From contig CAZVLJ010000004.1 of the NCBI GenBank assembly GCA_964627825.1, positions 7,773 through 71,772 of the forward strand: DNA of 64,000 nt, in the 5' to 3' direction. Position numbers and translations under genes: made by a program. The notes under the pieces were generated by a model. The model made no database searches and was not told the DNA's origin. It was given only the letters and a program-made list of their open reading frames with translations. The DNA is from an uncultured Rikenella sp. Its GTDB lineage: Bacteria > Bacteroidota > Bacteroidia > Bacteroidales > VadinHA17. Below are positions 17,453 through 26,045 of the stretch, piece by piece (within the stretch, counting starts at the first letter, position 1; every line of letters starts with the position of its first letter).

Positions 17453-19096
17453 TTAGTTAACCTTAAGAATGATCGGGTTGAGGTCCCTGGTTCTTCCGTC
17501 GGGTCCTACTGCCTTGATCTTTTCAATTATAAGTTTTTGTCCGGCGCGCAGGTTGCCTATCAGCCCCTTCTGCTTGTCGGTAAGTCTGTTGCTGTTTGAC
17601 TCGGCCGTTATCTCGTAGCCCTTGTCATTGACAGAGACGGTAAAGCCGGTGACGGTGTAAGTGAGGTCAAACTCAAAGTTCTCAAGCACGGCGGTAACCA
17701 CCTGTTGTGCAGCAGCCACGCTGCGTAGCACATTGCCTTCCTTCATGTTTGCAAACCGGGCTTCGGGATCAGGCAGTCTCCTTACCCTGAACTCCACCGG
17801 CGGGAAGGTCTGTATCTTACCGTTGATATTCGCAGAGACTATGATCTGTGCATTCTGGCCCACGGTACGGGGTTGAGCAACATATTCACCGCGATAGTTT
17901 TTGTATTTGCCTCTTTTGATATCACCGTTGGTCATGCGGACGGTAAGCTTATCCGATCCCACGCCCGGTACTGATACGTCAAGAGGGTTCTGTATGCCCT
18001 GGTAGAGGACATTCATGGCTGTGGGAGAGACAACAACGTTAGGCATTCCCACCGAGTATCTGGAATCAAAGGCATAGCTGCGCATTGTACCATCAGGAGC
18101 CTTCATCTTAATTACTCCGCCCCATGATTTCTCACCGATGGAGCCGGGTCTTACCCTGTAGACACCAACGCCTGACTCATCAACTGGCAGCTGCGTGGCC
18201 TGCGGGCCCGGCTCGTATGTCACTGAACCGTCAGCGTTCGTGGTTGATGTATAGGGGCCAACGAAGATCTCCATGTCCTGTGTCGTATCAGTTGCTGCAA
18301 CGAATACACGGGCCTCGTATTCATTACCCTGCATAATATATGTTGAGTTGGGTATGACAGTAGGAATGATCTTGTTGAACCTGAATGATCCGGCATCGAT
18401 CTGGGTAAAGAGGAAGTTGAGCAGGTCAGTCTCCGCGTTCCTGACGTCTACCTGCATCTTGGAGAGGATTGTGATCACTGCAACAAGTGGCAGGGTCTGG
18501 AAGTTGGCATTTACCCAGTTCTCCTTCCCGGTACCTTCAAGATTTTCCGGATCGTCGGTATTGAGTATGTCCAGTATAGACTTTTCGGCAGAAAGGTCCT
18601 TGCCTTCGAGAGTCTCAACGAGGTATGAGCGGTAATCTTCAATAAGGGCCTTAAGGTGATTTCCCTTGCCAGCCTGGTTTGCTCCTATAAGTATTTCAGA
18701 GGGAACATTATTCTCATCTATCTTCTTTACCTTGGTAACATCTATCTGGTTATTGGGAAGCAGTGCTTCCGACTCCGGGCCTTCAGCCGTGGTAATGATT
18801 TCCACCTTGAGATCCTGAATAAAGTTGAAAACCTCATCGGCACGTGCCTTTACCTCGTAGGCTTTTGCTTTCCATTCTCCTGCTTTCTCGGGATTTTCAG
18901 CCGCCGCAACATCAAAAGCTGCATAGGTTATATCATTCTTTTTGATATAGTTCGCGGTGGTCTTGGTCAGGCTGAGATCAACTTTCTTAAAAGCCTCGAC
19001 CGCCTCCTTTGAAACGTTAAGAGCAAGCATCGCTGTCAGGATGAGATACATCATCCCGATCATCTTTTGCCGCGGGGTTTCTTTTCCCTTAGCCAT
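17453..19096 (-). CDS. gldM: gliding motility / T9SS protein GldM (PorM)
   Basis: Characteristic N-terminal helix KMIGMMYLILTAMLALNVS followed by a long periplasmic region; 547 aa. Position between gldL and gldN. Confidence 0.9.
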   Translation of the reverse strand: MAKGKETPRQKMIGMMYLILTAMLALNVSKEAVEAFKKVDLSLTKTTANYIKKNDITYAAFDVAAAENPEKAGEWKAKAYEVKARADEVFNFIQDLKVEIITTAEGPESEALLPNNQIDVTKVKKIDENNVPSEILIGANQAGKGNHLKALIEDYRSYLVETLEGKDLSAEKSILDILNTDDPENLEGTGKENWVNANFQTLPLVAVITILSKMQVDVRNAETDLLNFLFTQIDAGSFRFNKIIPTVIPNSTYIMQGNEYEARVFVAATDTTQDMEIFVGPYTSTTNADGSVTYEPGPQATQLPVDESGVGVYRVRPGSIGEKSWGGVIKMKAPDGTMRSYAFDSRYSVGMPNVVVSPTAMNVLYQGIQNPLDVSVPGVGSDKLTVRMTNGDIKRGKYKNYRGEYVAQPRTVGQNAQIIVSANINGKIQTFPPVEFRVRRLPDPEARFANMKEGNVLRSVAAAQQVVTAVLENFEFDLTYTVTGFTVSVNDKGYEITAESNSNRLTDKQKGLIGNLRAGQKLIIEKIKAVGPDGRTRDLNPIILKVN

Positions 19097-19141
19097 TTGC
19101 GGATAGTTTAAAAGTTAGCAGATATATTGTTGAAATCAACA

Positions 19142-19996
19142 TTATTTGACGTTCATTGCGGCAAGCATATTGCCGTAGACATTGTTCAGTGAGCTGAGGT
19201 TTTCATTCAGTCTGGCAACCTGTTCACGGTATTTCTTCGTGTCGTCTGCTGAACCGGTAAGGTCTTTCATCAGACCCTCCATGCCCTGGTATATGGTTTC
19301 ACTGCTTTTAACATGATCATTTGCCCCGCGGAGCTGGAGCTCATAGGCTGCATTGAGGGCGGAGAGGTTCTTGTTGAGTGCCTCCAGCTTCTCCTGGTAG
19401 CTGCGGCCGCCGGTCTCTATGGTTTTTGATGATTCACCGATAGCCTGGTAGACCGAGCTGGTGTCACTCATTGACCTTGCGGTCTGAAGCACTGACTCGG
19501 AAAGGTTACGGAGTGATTCGTTCGCTTTCCTGATGGTGCCGGTATACTCATTTGTGGTAGCCGCCAGGTCACCCATGGAGTTGAGGTTGTTTGTGGTCTC
19601 GGTGAGCTTCTTCAGTCCTGAGCTGAGCCTGTCAAACATGTCGGGTGTAATTCCCGCGTCGGCAAGCATCTTGTCGAACTGTGAAAGACCTGCTCCACCG
19701 CCGTAGCCTCCGCCACCACCACCAACAGCTGCAAAACCGATATCCTCACCTGAGTAGTTGGGATCAAGCTGGGGATAGACCAGTTTCCAGTCAGGCTCCT
19801 CCTTCAGGGGCTCAAAGGCTGAGAAGAAGAAGATGATTGCTTCTGTGATCAGACCCACAGAGAGCAGTAATCCTGCAAAGGGATAGTGCTGGATCTTGAA
19901 GAGAGCACCGATTATCACGACCGAGGCGCCCCAGCCGTATAACTTGGACATGAAAGCTTTCCACTTACTTGTATGAACAATTTCCGAGAGGCCCAT
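19142..19996 (-). CDS. gldL: gliding motility / T9SS protein GldL (PorL)
   Basis: Two N-terminal TM helices (WGASVVIIGALFKI.., FAGLLLSVGLITEAIIFFF), then a cytoplasmic coiled region. Gly-rich insert GGGGGGYGGGAG. Position between gldK and gldM. Confidence 0.85.
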   Translation of the reverse strand: MGLSEIVHTSKWKAFMSKLYGWGASVVIIGALFKIQHYPFAGLLLSVGLITEAIIFFFSAFEPLKEEPDWKLVYPQLDPNYSGEDIGFAAVGGGGGGYGGGAGLSQFDKMLADAGITPDMFDRLSSGLKKLTETTNNLNSMGDLAATTNEYTGTIRKANESLRNLSESVLQTARSMSDTSSVYQAIGESSKTIETGGRSYQEKLEALNKNLSALNAAYELQLRGANDHVKSSETIYQGMEGLMKDLTGSADDTKKYREQVARLNENLSSLNNVYGNMLAAMNVK

Positions 19997-20023
19997 ATAT
20001 TTAAAATTTTAGGTTTAACAGTA

Positions 20024-21358
20024 TTAGTTATTTACTCCGATATAAGTTCTGACATTACGGAACCCTACAAATGATTTTGTTGAGTCCTGGTATTCATAAT
20101 CCCTTGATGATGTTTGCATGAATAATGCAATATCCTTCCATGAGCCTCCCCTGATAACCTTGCGCTTGAGAACGGGAGGATCATCAGGACGGGCATTGTA
20201 TTCATAGTCAGGATTAAGATCATGGGTGAAGACATAAGATGAGGGATGGTATGCGCATGAAGTCCATTCGGACACGTTGCCGGCCATGTCAAAGAGGCCG
20301 TACTCATTTGGTTCGAAGGAGGCCACCTTAATTGTATATACTGCTCCGTCATCAATATAGTTACCGCGAAGGGGTTTGAAGTTTGCAAGGAAGCAGCCCT
20401 CATAGTTACGCGTGTATGGTCCGCCCCATGGATACATTGAGAGGTCAAGGCCACCGCGGGCGGCATATTCCCATTCGGTCTCCAGCGGGAGGCGATAGTT
20501 GTGAACATCAGCTATGCCCTGTGCACGCAGGTGTTCATTCATGAAGTTGGTACGCCAGACGCTGAAGGCACGTGCCTGAATCCATGACACTCCTACCACA
20601 GGGTAGTCATCATAGCCCGGATGCCAGTAATATAAGGTAGCCCAGGGCTCATTGAATGAATAGGTAAAGTCCCTGATCCATGCAAGCGTATCCGGATAGA
20701 TATTGACATTATGATGCATTATGAATGAGGAGCGGTCAACAATGTCGGTGGTATTGCCCTCGAGGTCAGTCACCTGGCCCTCGTATCTCCCTTCCTTGTA
20801 GTTGTACCTGGCCTTTGCTGCCTGCTTGTAGTCAACCCAGAAATATGAGTAGTTCAGGAGGCGGGTGTCCCATTGTTTGTTGCCATTGAATCTCTCCTCC
20901 GGAGGGTAGTACATTGATTCCGCAACGGCCTGAATGTCTTCATCTCTCAAGTCGATTTTCTCTTCCCAGTTCAGGACATATGGTTCAATAATATTTCCCT
21001 CCTCGTCAGTGCGGAAAAATTCGTAACCCTCAAGACCTTCCTCTCCCAGTCTGGTCCTGAGGATGGAGTCACGCACCCAGTTGGTGAACTGACGGTATTT
21101 ATTATTGGTGATCTCTGTCTGGTCCATCCAGAAAGCTTCTACCGTTACTGTTTTGGAGAGACTGTTCATGGCTCGCAGAGGATCCTGGTCACTTGGTCCC
21201 ATTACAAAGGAACCGGCCGGGATAAAGGCCATCTCAAACGGTTCCGGCTCATAGAACTTCTTCCTTCCCTGAACACCTGTCAACTCGCCGGTCTCGTATG
21301 AGCCGCAGCTACTCAAAATCAGGGTTAACGTAAGAGCTAAAAGGGTTACCTTTTTCAT
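20024..21358 (-). CDS. gldK: gliding motility / T9SS lipoprotein GldK (PorK), FGE-sulfatase-fold
   Basis: Lipobox LILSSC. Formylglycine-generating-enzyme-like motifs (..WEYAARGG.., ..NVSEW.., IRGGSWKD); 444 aa. Confidence 0.9.
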   Translation of the reverse strand: MKKVTLLALTLTLILSSCGSYETGELTGVQGRKKFYEPEPFEMAFIPAGSFVMGPSDQDPLRAMNSLSKTVTVEAFWMDQTEITNNKYRQFTNWVRDSILRTRLGEEGLEGYEFFRTDEEGNIIEPYVLNWEEKIDLRDEDIQAVAESMYYPPEERFNGNKQWDTRLLNYSYFWVDYKQAAKARYNYKEGRYEGQVTDLEGNTTDIVDRSSFIMHHNVNIYPDTLAWIRDFTYSFNEPWATLYYWHPGYDDYPVVGVSWIQARAFSVWRTNFMNEHLRAQGIADVHNYRLPLETEWEYAARGGLDLSMYPWGGPYTRNYEGCFLANFKPLRGNYIDDGAVYTIKVASFEPNEYGLFDMAGNVSEWTSCAYHPSSYVFTHDLNPDYEYNARPDDPPVLKRKVIRGGSWKDIALFMQTSSRDYEYQDSTKSFVGFRNVRTYIGVNN

Positions 21359-21405
21359 ATACTCATTAATTTAAATATGCAAGTAAATTTATTTTTGCCT
21401 GTTTA

Positions 21406-22350
21406 TCAGAGGAAACGGATACTCCTGTAACGGGTGACGCTTTTGCCGAGTCCGAGATCGAAGCTGTAAGAGACAAGAAACTCATGGGAGCCACTGGTTC
21501 CTTTTCTGATCTCCGATATCGGGAAGTCGTATCCATATCCAACCTTTAAACCGTTATATAATTCTATGCCTGCGAATCCTGTGATTGCGTCACTTATCCT
21601 GTAAGAAACGCCACCCCATATCTTTTTATTGTATCTAACCATGCCGGTGGCTAAATATTGTGTGGTGGCGCCATCATTTACTATAAAAACTGATGGTATA
21701 AGTTCAAAGGCTGGATTGGGGAGACGGAAATAGTAACCGGCGGTGAGATAGTATTGACGGCTCACATATGTGGCAGTTTCCGAGTACTTTACTTTGGGCT
21801 GGTTGAGATGTGTCACGGAGATGCCGGCATAGTAATTAAGTCCCTGGTAATATATTCCGGCAGATATGTCAGGTGCGATAAATGATTCGTCATTCTCCGG
21901 GATCAGCGGATCTCCTGATGGAGGGGTATGGCCCGGGCCTGAGGGTATGTACCACTCGGGCGAAATTGTCATGTTCAGCATCCCGGCGCTGATTCCTGCG
22001 CCAAGAGTACCCGTGCCCAGTGTGAAAAGGTAAGAGTAGGATAGGCTGAGACCTATGTCATTACTGAAGCCGAACCTGTCAGCTTCCACCAGCAGGCCTG
22101 CTCCGCTGCGAAGGCCAAAGAGGCTGAAGGGGGTGTTAACATTAAAGATCATTGTTGAGGGTGCTCCGGGGAAGCCTACCCACTGCTGGCGTGTGAGCGC
22201 GGTGGCTGTGATCATCCCCGACATACCTGAATAACCAGGATTATAGGTCTGTGTGTTGAACATGTAATTGCTCAGCACGGGATCCTGCTGACCGCATACG
22301 ATGCCGTACGGGAGGAGCAATGCCAGGATGAGTATCCTTATTTTCTTCAT
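21406..22350 (-). CDS. porP: PorP/SprF-family T9SS outer-membrane protein
   Basis: Signal peptide, then the signature QQDPVLSNYMFNTQTYNPGYSG; 314-aa beta-barrel pattern. It lies directly upstream of gldK. Confidence 0.85.
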   Translation of the reverse strand: MKKIRILILALLLPYGIVCGQQDPVLSNYMFNTQTYNPGYSGMSGMITATALTRQQWVGFPGAPSTMIFNVNTPFSLFGLRSGAGLLVEADRFGFSNDIGLSLSYSYLFTLGTGTLGAGISAGMLNMTISPEWYIPSGPGHTPPSGDPLIPENDESFIAPDISAGIYYQGLNYYAGISVTHLNQPKVKYSETATYVSRQYYLTAGYYFRLPNPAFELIPSVFIVNDGATTQYLATGMVRYNKKIWGGVSYRISDAITGFAGIELYNGLKVGYGYDFPISEIRKGTSGSHEFLVSYSFDLGLGKSVTRYRSIRFL

Positions 22351-22426
22351 ATTCAGGGAGTGCCTGTGAGCCCTTCACTATAACGGGTAAAATAAATAAA
22401 AAATATGCATGCCACAAAATTGAGGC

Positions 22427-22434
22427 CAAATTTA
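22427..22434 (-). promoter_or_regulatory. candidate -7 promoter box for porP-gldKLMN
   Basis: TAAATTTG on the minus strand, 76 nt before porP ATG 22350. It overlaps the stop codon of the upstream gene. Confidence 0.4.
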
Positions 22435-23601
22435 GTGGCCATACCTGAGGAGTGCACGCGTCCATCTTCCCGGCACCTGATCACGATTGGCCATGAGGTA
22501 GTCCTCATAGGAGCAGGCGAGGTAGTGCTGTTGACCCCGGGTGTCACGTATCTCTATCCACCACCGGTCAGTGATCATGCTCTTGATGAAGATAGCCTCT
22601 CCCTCCAGATCGCTGAGAGTCACGTGATAGCGGGTGAAGCGGCTGCTCGACTGGTCGCCAAGGAAAGCTACCTCATACTGTTTCTGTGAGAATCCTTCAA
22701 GGAAGAACCATATCAGCTGCGCTGCCAGCTGGGATGTCTGCATCCTGTTATCAAGGGTGGGATTGACCTCCAGTACGGAAAATATTTTAAGGTTATCAGA
22801 GAGGCCGGCGTACCTGGCAAGCAGGCATATCTCCTCACCGTAGAAGCCGTTGGCCGAGGGGAGGATGGCGCCGGGTGCATCTGACTGGCGCACCGAGCCT
22901 ATATCAAATGCTGCAGCAGCCGCATCACGGAAGAGCGGTTCGGTCTCATGGACCGCTGCCCGCACCTCACCAATGCGCATCATGTCATAGTGCCTGCGGT
23001 TGAACCTGTTTACCACCTGCTGGTCAGTGAGATAGGTCTGATGGCCTATGACTGAAAGGTGTGAGAGGCAGCTACCACTGCGGTAGATGAGGTCATTCAT
23101 CCAGTTCAATGAGTCAGGCGATCTCTTCTCTGCCGTAAAGTCGATGCGCGAATCAACCGAAACCAGTGACCACTTTTCCTTCCCGGCAGAGAGGGCTCTG
23201 TCAATGGCAGGCATCAGGGCGCTGGTCCCCCCGATGATCAGAGGCACCACATTCTTTGACAGGAGCTCCAGCAGCACGTCACACAGCCCGGCAATTGTAT
23301 CATCAAACGATGCACCCGGTCTGAAGTTGCCGAGGTCCGCAACCTTCAGCCTGCCCGGCAGACGGGAGAAGGAGTAGAGGCTCTTCCTGATGGCATCAGG
23401 CGCTTGTGAGGCCCCGGTGTTCGATGAGTGGCGGTCGTCCGGCACCCCGATTATTGCTGCTGCCAGACCTCCAGGATCACCCAGGGGCTGATTCCCGCTG
23501 TTGACAGTCACATTATGCGGGAAGGCCGAGGATCCTTTCAGCGGTTCCACCCCGGGCCTGTCAAGACAAACGGGATCAAGATACTGGTTAAGATCGATCA
23601 T
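22432..23601 (-). CDS. arginase/formiminoglutamase-fold protein with degenerate metal-binding motifs
   Basis: Ureohydrolase-like layout (..PLIIGGTSAL.., ..VSVDSRIDF.., ..AFDIGSVRQSDAPG..). Start moved to ATG 23601 (MIDLNQYLDP..) because the track ORF's extra 52 codons overlap the topA 3' end. Confidence 0.65.
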   Translation of the reverse strand: MIDLNQYLDPVCLDRPGVEPLKGSSAFPHNVTVNSGNQPLGDPGGLAAAIIGVPDDRHSSNTGASQAPDAIRKSLYSFSRLPGRLKVADLGNFRPGASFDDTIAGLCDVLLELLSKNVVPLIIGGTSALMPAIDRALSAGKEKWSLVSVDSRIDFTAEKRSPDSLNWMNDLIYRSGSCLSHLSVIGHQTYLTDQQVVNRFNRRHYDMMRIGEVRAAVHETEPLFRDAAAAAFDIGSVRQSDAPGAILPSANGFYGEEICLLARYAGLSDNLKIFSVLEVNPTLDNRMQTSQLAAQLIWFFLEGFSQKQYEVAFLGDQSSSRFTRYHVTLSDLEGEAIFIKSMITDRWWIEIRDTRGQQHYLACSYEDYLMANRDQVPGRWTRALLRYGH

Positions 23602-23614
23602 ATTATATATAAGG

Positions 23615-25933
23615 TCACTTCTTCTTCCTGCCCCTGGTGCTCTTTGGTCTGCTACCCTTCTCAATGATGGCAAGGCACTCTTCCCGGGTAAGCTTCTGCG
23701 GATCACTCCCTTTCGGGATGCGGTAGTTGGTGTTGTCATGTGAGATGTAGGGTCCATAGCGGCCGTTAAGTACCTTTATGTCACCGAACTCGTTTATCAC
23801 CTTCTGTTTTTCTCCTTCTCTCTTTTCCTTAATGACCTCAATGGCTCTCTCTGTCGTGATTGTATAGGGATCATCCACTCCCTTTTTGAGAGAGTAGAAT
23901 TTGCCGGCATGCCTTACATAGGGTCCGTACTTCCCCACTCCCACCGTCATCTCCTCATCTTCAAAGGAACCTGCGGTGCGCGGCAGGGCAAAGAGGGCGA
24001 GGGCTTCCTCAAGGGAAATAGTCTCCAGCAACTGGTCGCGCCTGAGGTTCGCAAAGCGAGGCTTATTGTCAGGCGATGCTTCGCCGAGCTGTACCACCGG
24101 TCCGAAGCGGCTCATCTTCACCGATACCGGTTCGCCGCTGGCAGGGTCAGTACCCAGTTGCCTGGCGCCTGTCTGGCGGGCACGTATTGCAAGCGACTCG
24201 TCAACGGTCTTGCGGAAGGGTCCGTAGAAGGAAGAGATCATCTCATTCCACTTCGTCTCGCCGGAGGCGATCTCGTCAAACTCCTTCTCCACCCCTGCAG
24301 TGAAGTTGTAGTCAAGTATGTCAGGGAAGTTGGCAATAAGAAAGTCATTGACTATCATGCCTATGTCTTTAGGGAAGAGCTTTGACTTCTCCTTGCCGGT
24401 TATCTCGCTCTTCTCACTACGGGTGATCTTGCCCCTGGAAAGGGCCAGCTGTATTATGGCCCGTTTCTCTCCCGGTCTGTCCTCACGGGCAACATAGCCT
24501 CTCGACTGGATGGTTGAGATAATGGGTGCGTATGTTGATGGTCTTCCTATGCCCAGCTCCTCGAGCTTCTTTACCAGGCTGGCCTCGGTGTACCGGGGCG
24601 GGGGGGTGGTGAAGCGCTGCAGTGCTGTTATGGCTCCGGGAGTAAGCTCCATTCCCTTGTCCACGCGTGGGAGAATAGCCTTTTCATCCTCTCCGGTGTT
24701 GCTGTCATATGATTCGGTATATACCTTCAGGAAGCCGTCAAAGAGTATCACCTCACCAGTTGCGGTAAAGCTTACCGGAGAGGATGACATTCCAATTGTG
24801 ATTGTGGTCTTTTCCGTACGGGCATCGGACATCTGGGAGGCTATCGCCCTGCGCCATATAAGCTCGTATAGCTTTTTCTCATTATTGTTTCCCGGCACCT
24901 CCTTCCTGTCGAAGTAGGTGGGCCTGATAGCCTCATGGGCCTCCTGTGCCCCACGTGAGTGAGTCTTGAACTGACGTGTACGGGAGTAACCTGCCCCATA
25001 TTCGGTTGTAATGACCTCCCTGGCAGTATTGAGGGCCAGTGATGACAGGTTGGTGGAGTCGGTCCTCATGTAGGTGATCTTCCCTGCCTCGTAGAGCTTC
25101 TGTGCCACTGACATTGTCTGCGCCACCGAGAAGCCAAGCTTACGGTAGGCTTCCTGCTGAAGGGTGGAGGTGGTGAAGGGTGGCGCCGGTGAGCGGGTAC
25201 CGGGCTTAACCACTATATTTTCAACGGTGAATTCAGACGTGTTGCATTTTTCCAGGAAGATCCTGGCTTCCTCCTCAGTACTGAATTTTTTCGGACACTC
25301 AGCCTTCAGCAACACATCGGCGCCTTCACTGTTCTTCCCGCTGAAGGAACCTGTTACCCTATAGGCGGAGTCAGCCGTGAAGCTTATGATCTCACGCTCA
25401 CGGTCAACGAGGAGGCGCACAGCAACCGATTGAACTCTTCCGGCAGAGAGGGAGGGCTGTACTTTCTTCCAGAGAACGGGTGAGAGTTCAAAACCTACCA
25501 GCCTGTCGAGTATTCTGCGTGCCTGCTGGGCGTTGACCAGGTTCATGTCAACCTGGCGGGGCGACTCCACTGCGCGGGTGATGGCCTCTTTCGTTATCTC
25601 ATGGAACACTATGCGGCGCGTGGTACCGGGGTCAAGCCCAAGAACGGCAATAAGATGCCACGCTATGGCCTCCCCCTCACGGTCCTCATCGGAGGCAATC
25701 CACACAGTCTCTGCCTGGCCTGCCAGCTTGCGAAGGTCGGCCACCACCTTCTTCTTGTCTTCAGGTACCTCATAGACAGGGGCAAACCCCTTCTCTACTT
25801 CAACCCCAAGATTATTTTTTACAAGGTCACGTATGTGCCCGAAGCTTGATACTACAGTAAAATCCTTTCCAAGGAACTTTTCTATTGTTTTAGCTTTTGC
25901 AGGTGACTCAACAATTACCAGGTTTTCTGCCAT
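23615..25933 (-). CDS. topA: DNA topoisomerase I
   Basis: Toprim N-terminus LVIVESPAKAKTIEKFLG, active-site region ITYMRTDS, basic C-terminal tail; 772 aa. Confidence 0.95.
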   Translation of the reverse strand: MAENLVIVESPAKAKTIEKFLGKDFTVVSSFGHIRDLVKNNLGVEVEKGFAPVYEVPEDKKKVVADLRKLAGQAETVWIASDEDREGEAIAWHLIAVLGLDPGTTRRIVFHEITKEAITRAVESPRQVDMNLVNAQQARRILDRLVGFELSPVLWKKVQPSLSAGRVQSVAVRLLVDREREIISFTADSAYRVTGSFSGKNSEGADVLLKAECPKKFSTEEEARIFLEKCNTSEFTVENIVVKPGTRSPAPPFTTSTLQQEAYRKLGFSVAQTMSVAQKLYEAGKITYMRTDSTNLSSLALNTAREVITTEYGAGYSRTRQFKTHSRGAQEAHEAIRPTYFDRKEVPGNNNEKKLYELIWRRAIASQMSDARTEKTTITIGMSSSPVSFTATGEVILFDGFLKVYTESYDSNTGEDEKAILPRVDKGMELTPGAITALQRFTTPPPRYTEASLVKKLEELGIGRPSTYAPIISTIQSRGYVAREDRPGEKRAIIQLALSRGKITRSEKSEITGKEKSKLFPKDIGMIVNDFLIANFPDILDYNFTAGVEKEFDEIASGETKWNEMISSFYGPFRKTVDESLAIRARQTGARQLGTDPASGEPVSVKMSRFGPVVQLGEASPDNKPRFANLRRDQLLETISLEEALALFALPRTAGSFEDEEMTVGVGKYGPYVRHAGKFYSLKKGVDDPYTITTERAIEVIKEKREGEKQKVINEFGDIKVLNGRYGPYISHDNTNYRIPKGSDPQKLTREECLAIIEKGSRPKSTRGRKKK

Positions 25934-25967
25934 GCGAGATTTTTTAAAAACAGGGCAAAGTAAGTGA

Positions 25968-26033
25968 ATAAGGGCACTAACTTCAAAATTATTGAAAAAA
26001 ATTCTGTATTAATCACTAAATTAGCGCCCTTAT
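25968..26033. repeat. 13-bp inverted repeat flanking the topA/PBP1A divergent promoter region
   Basis: ATAAGGGCACTAA (25968-25980) and TTAGCGCCCTTAT (26021-26033) are complementary at 12 of 13 positions, with a 40-nt spacer. Confidence 0.6.
25984..25991 (-). promoter_or_regulatory. candidate -7 promoter box for topA
   Basis: TAATTTTG on the minus strand, 50 nt before ATG 25933. Confidence 0.4.
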
Positions 26034-26045
26034 TATGAGGCTATC

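Noticed and set aside
20065-20508. 147-aa same-strand alternative-frame ORF inside gldK (similar small internal ORFs occur throughout the track)
   Set aside because: It is fully nested in a well-supported gene in another frame, and its composition is atypical. I treat it as a frame artefact.
23602-23757. N-terminal 52-codon extension of the arginase-fold ORF (similar extensions occur at 1177-1245, 31284-31349, 32289-32360, 43360-43485, 44495-44563, 47855-47905, 50130-50156, 52444-52587, 59006-59041, 60170-60229)
   Set aside because: The extensions overlap neighbouring genes or promoter boxes. They encode atypical sequence (Cys/Arg/Ser-rich or hydrophobic junk). In each case they are followed by an ATG that gives a family-typical N-terminus.
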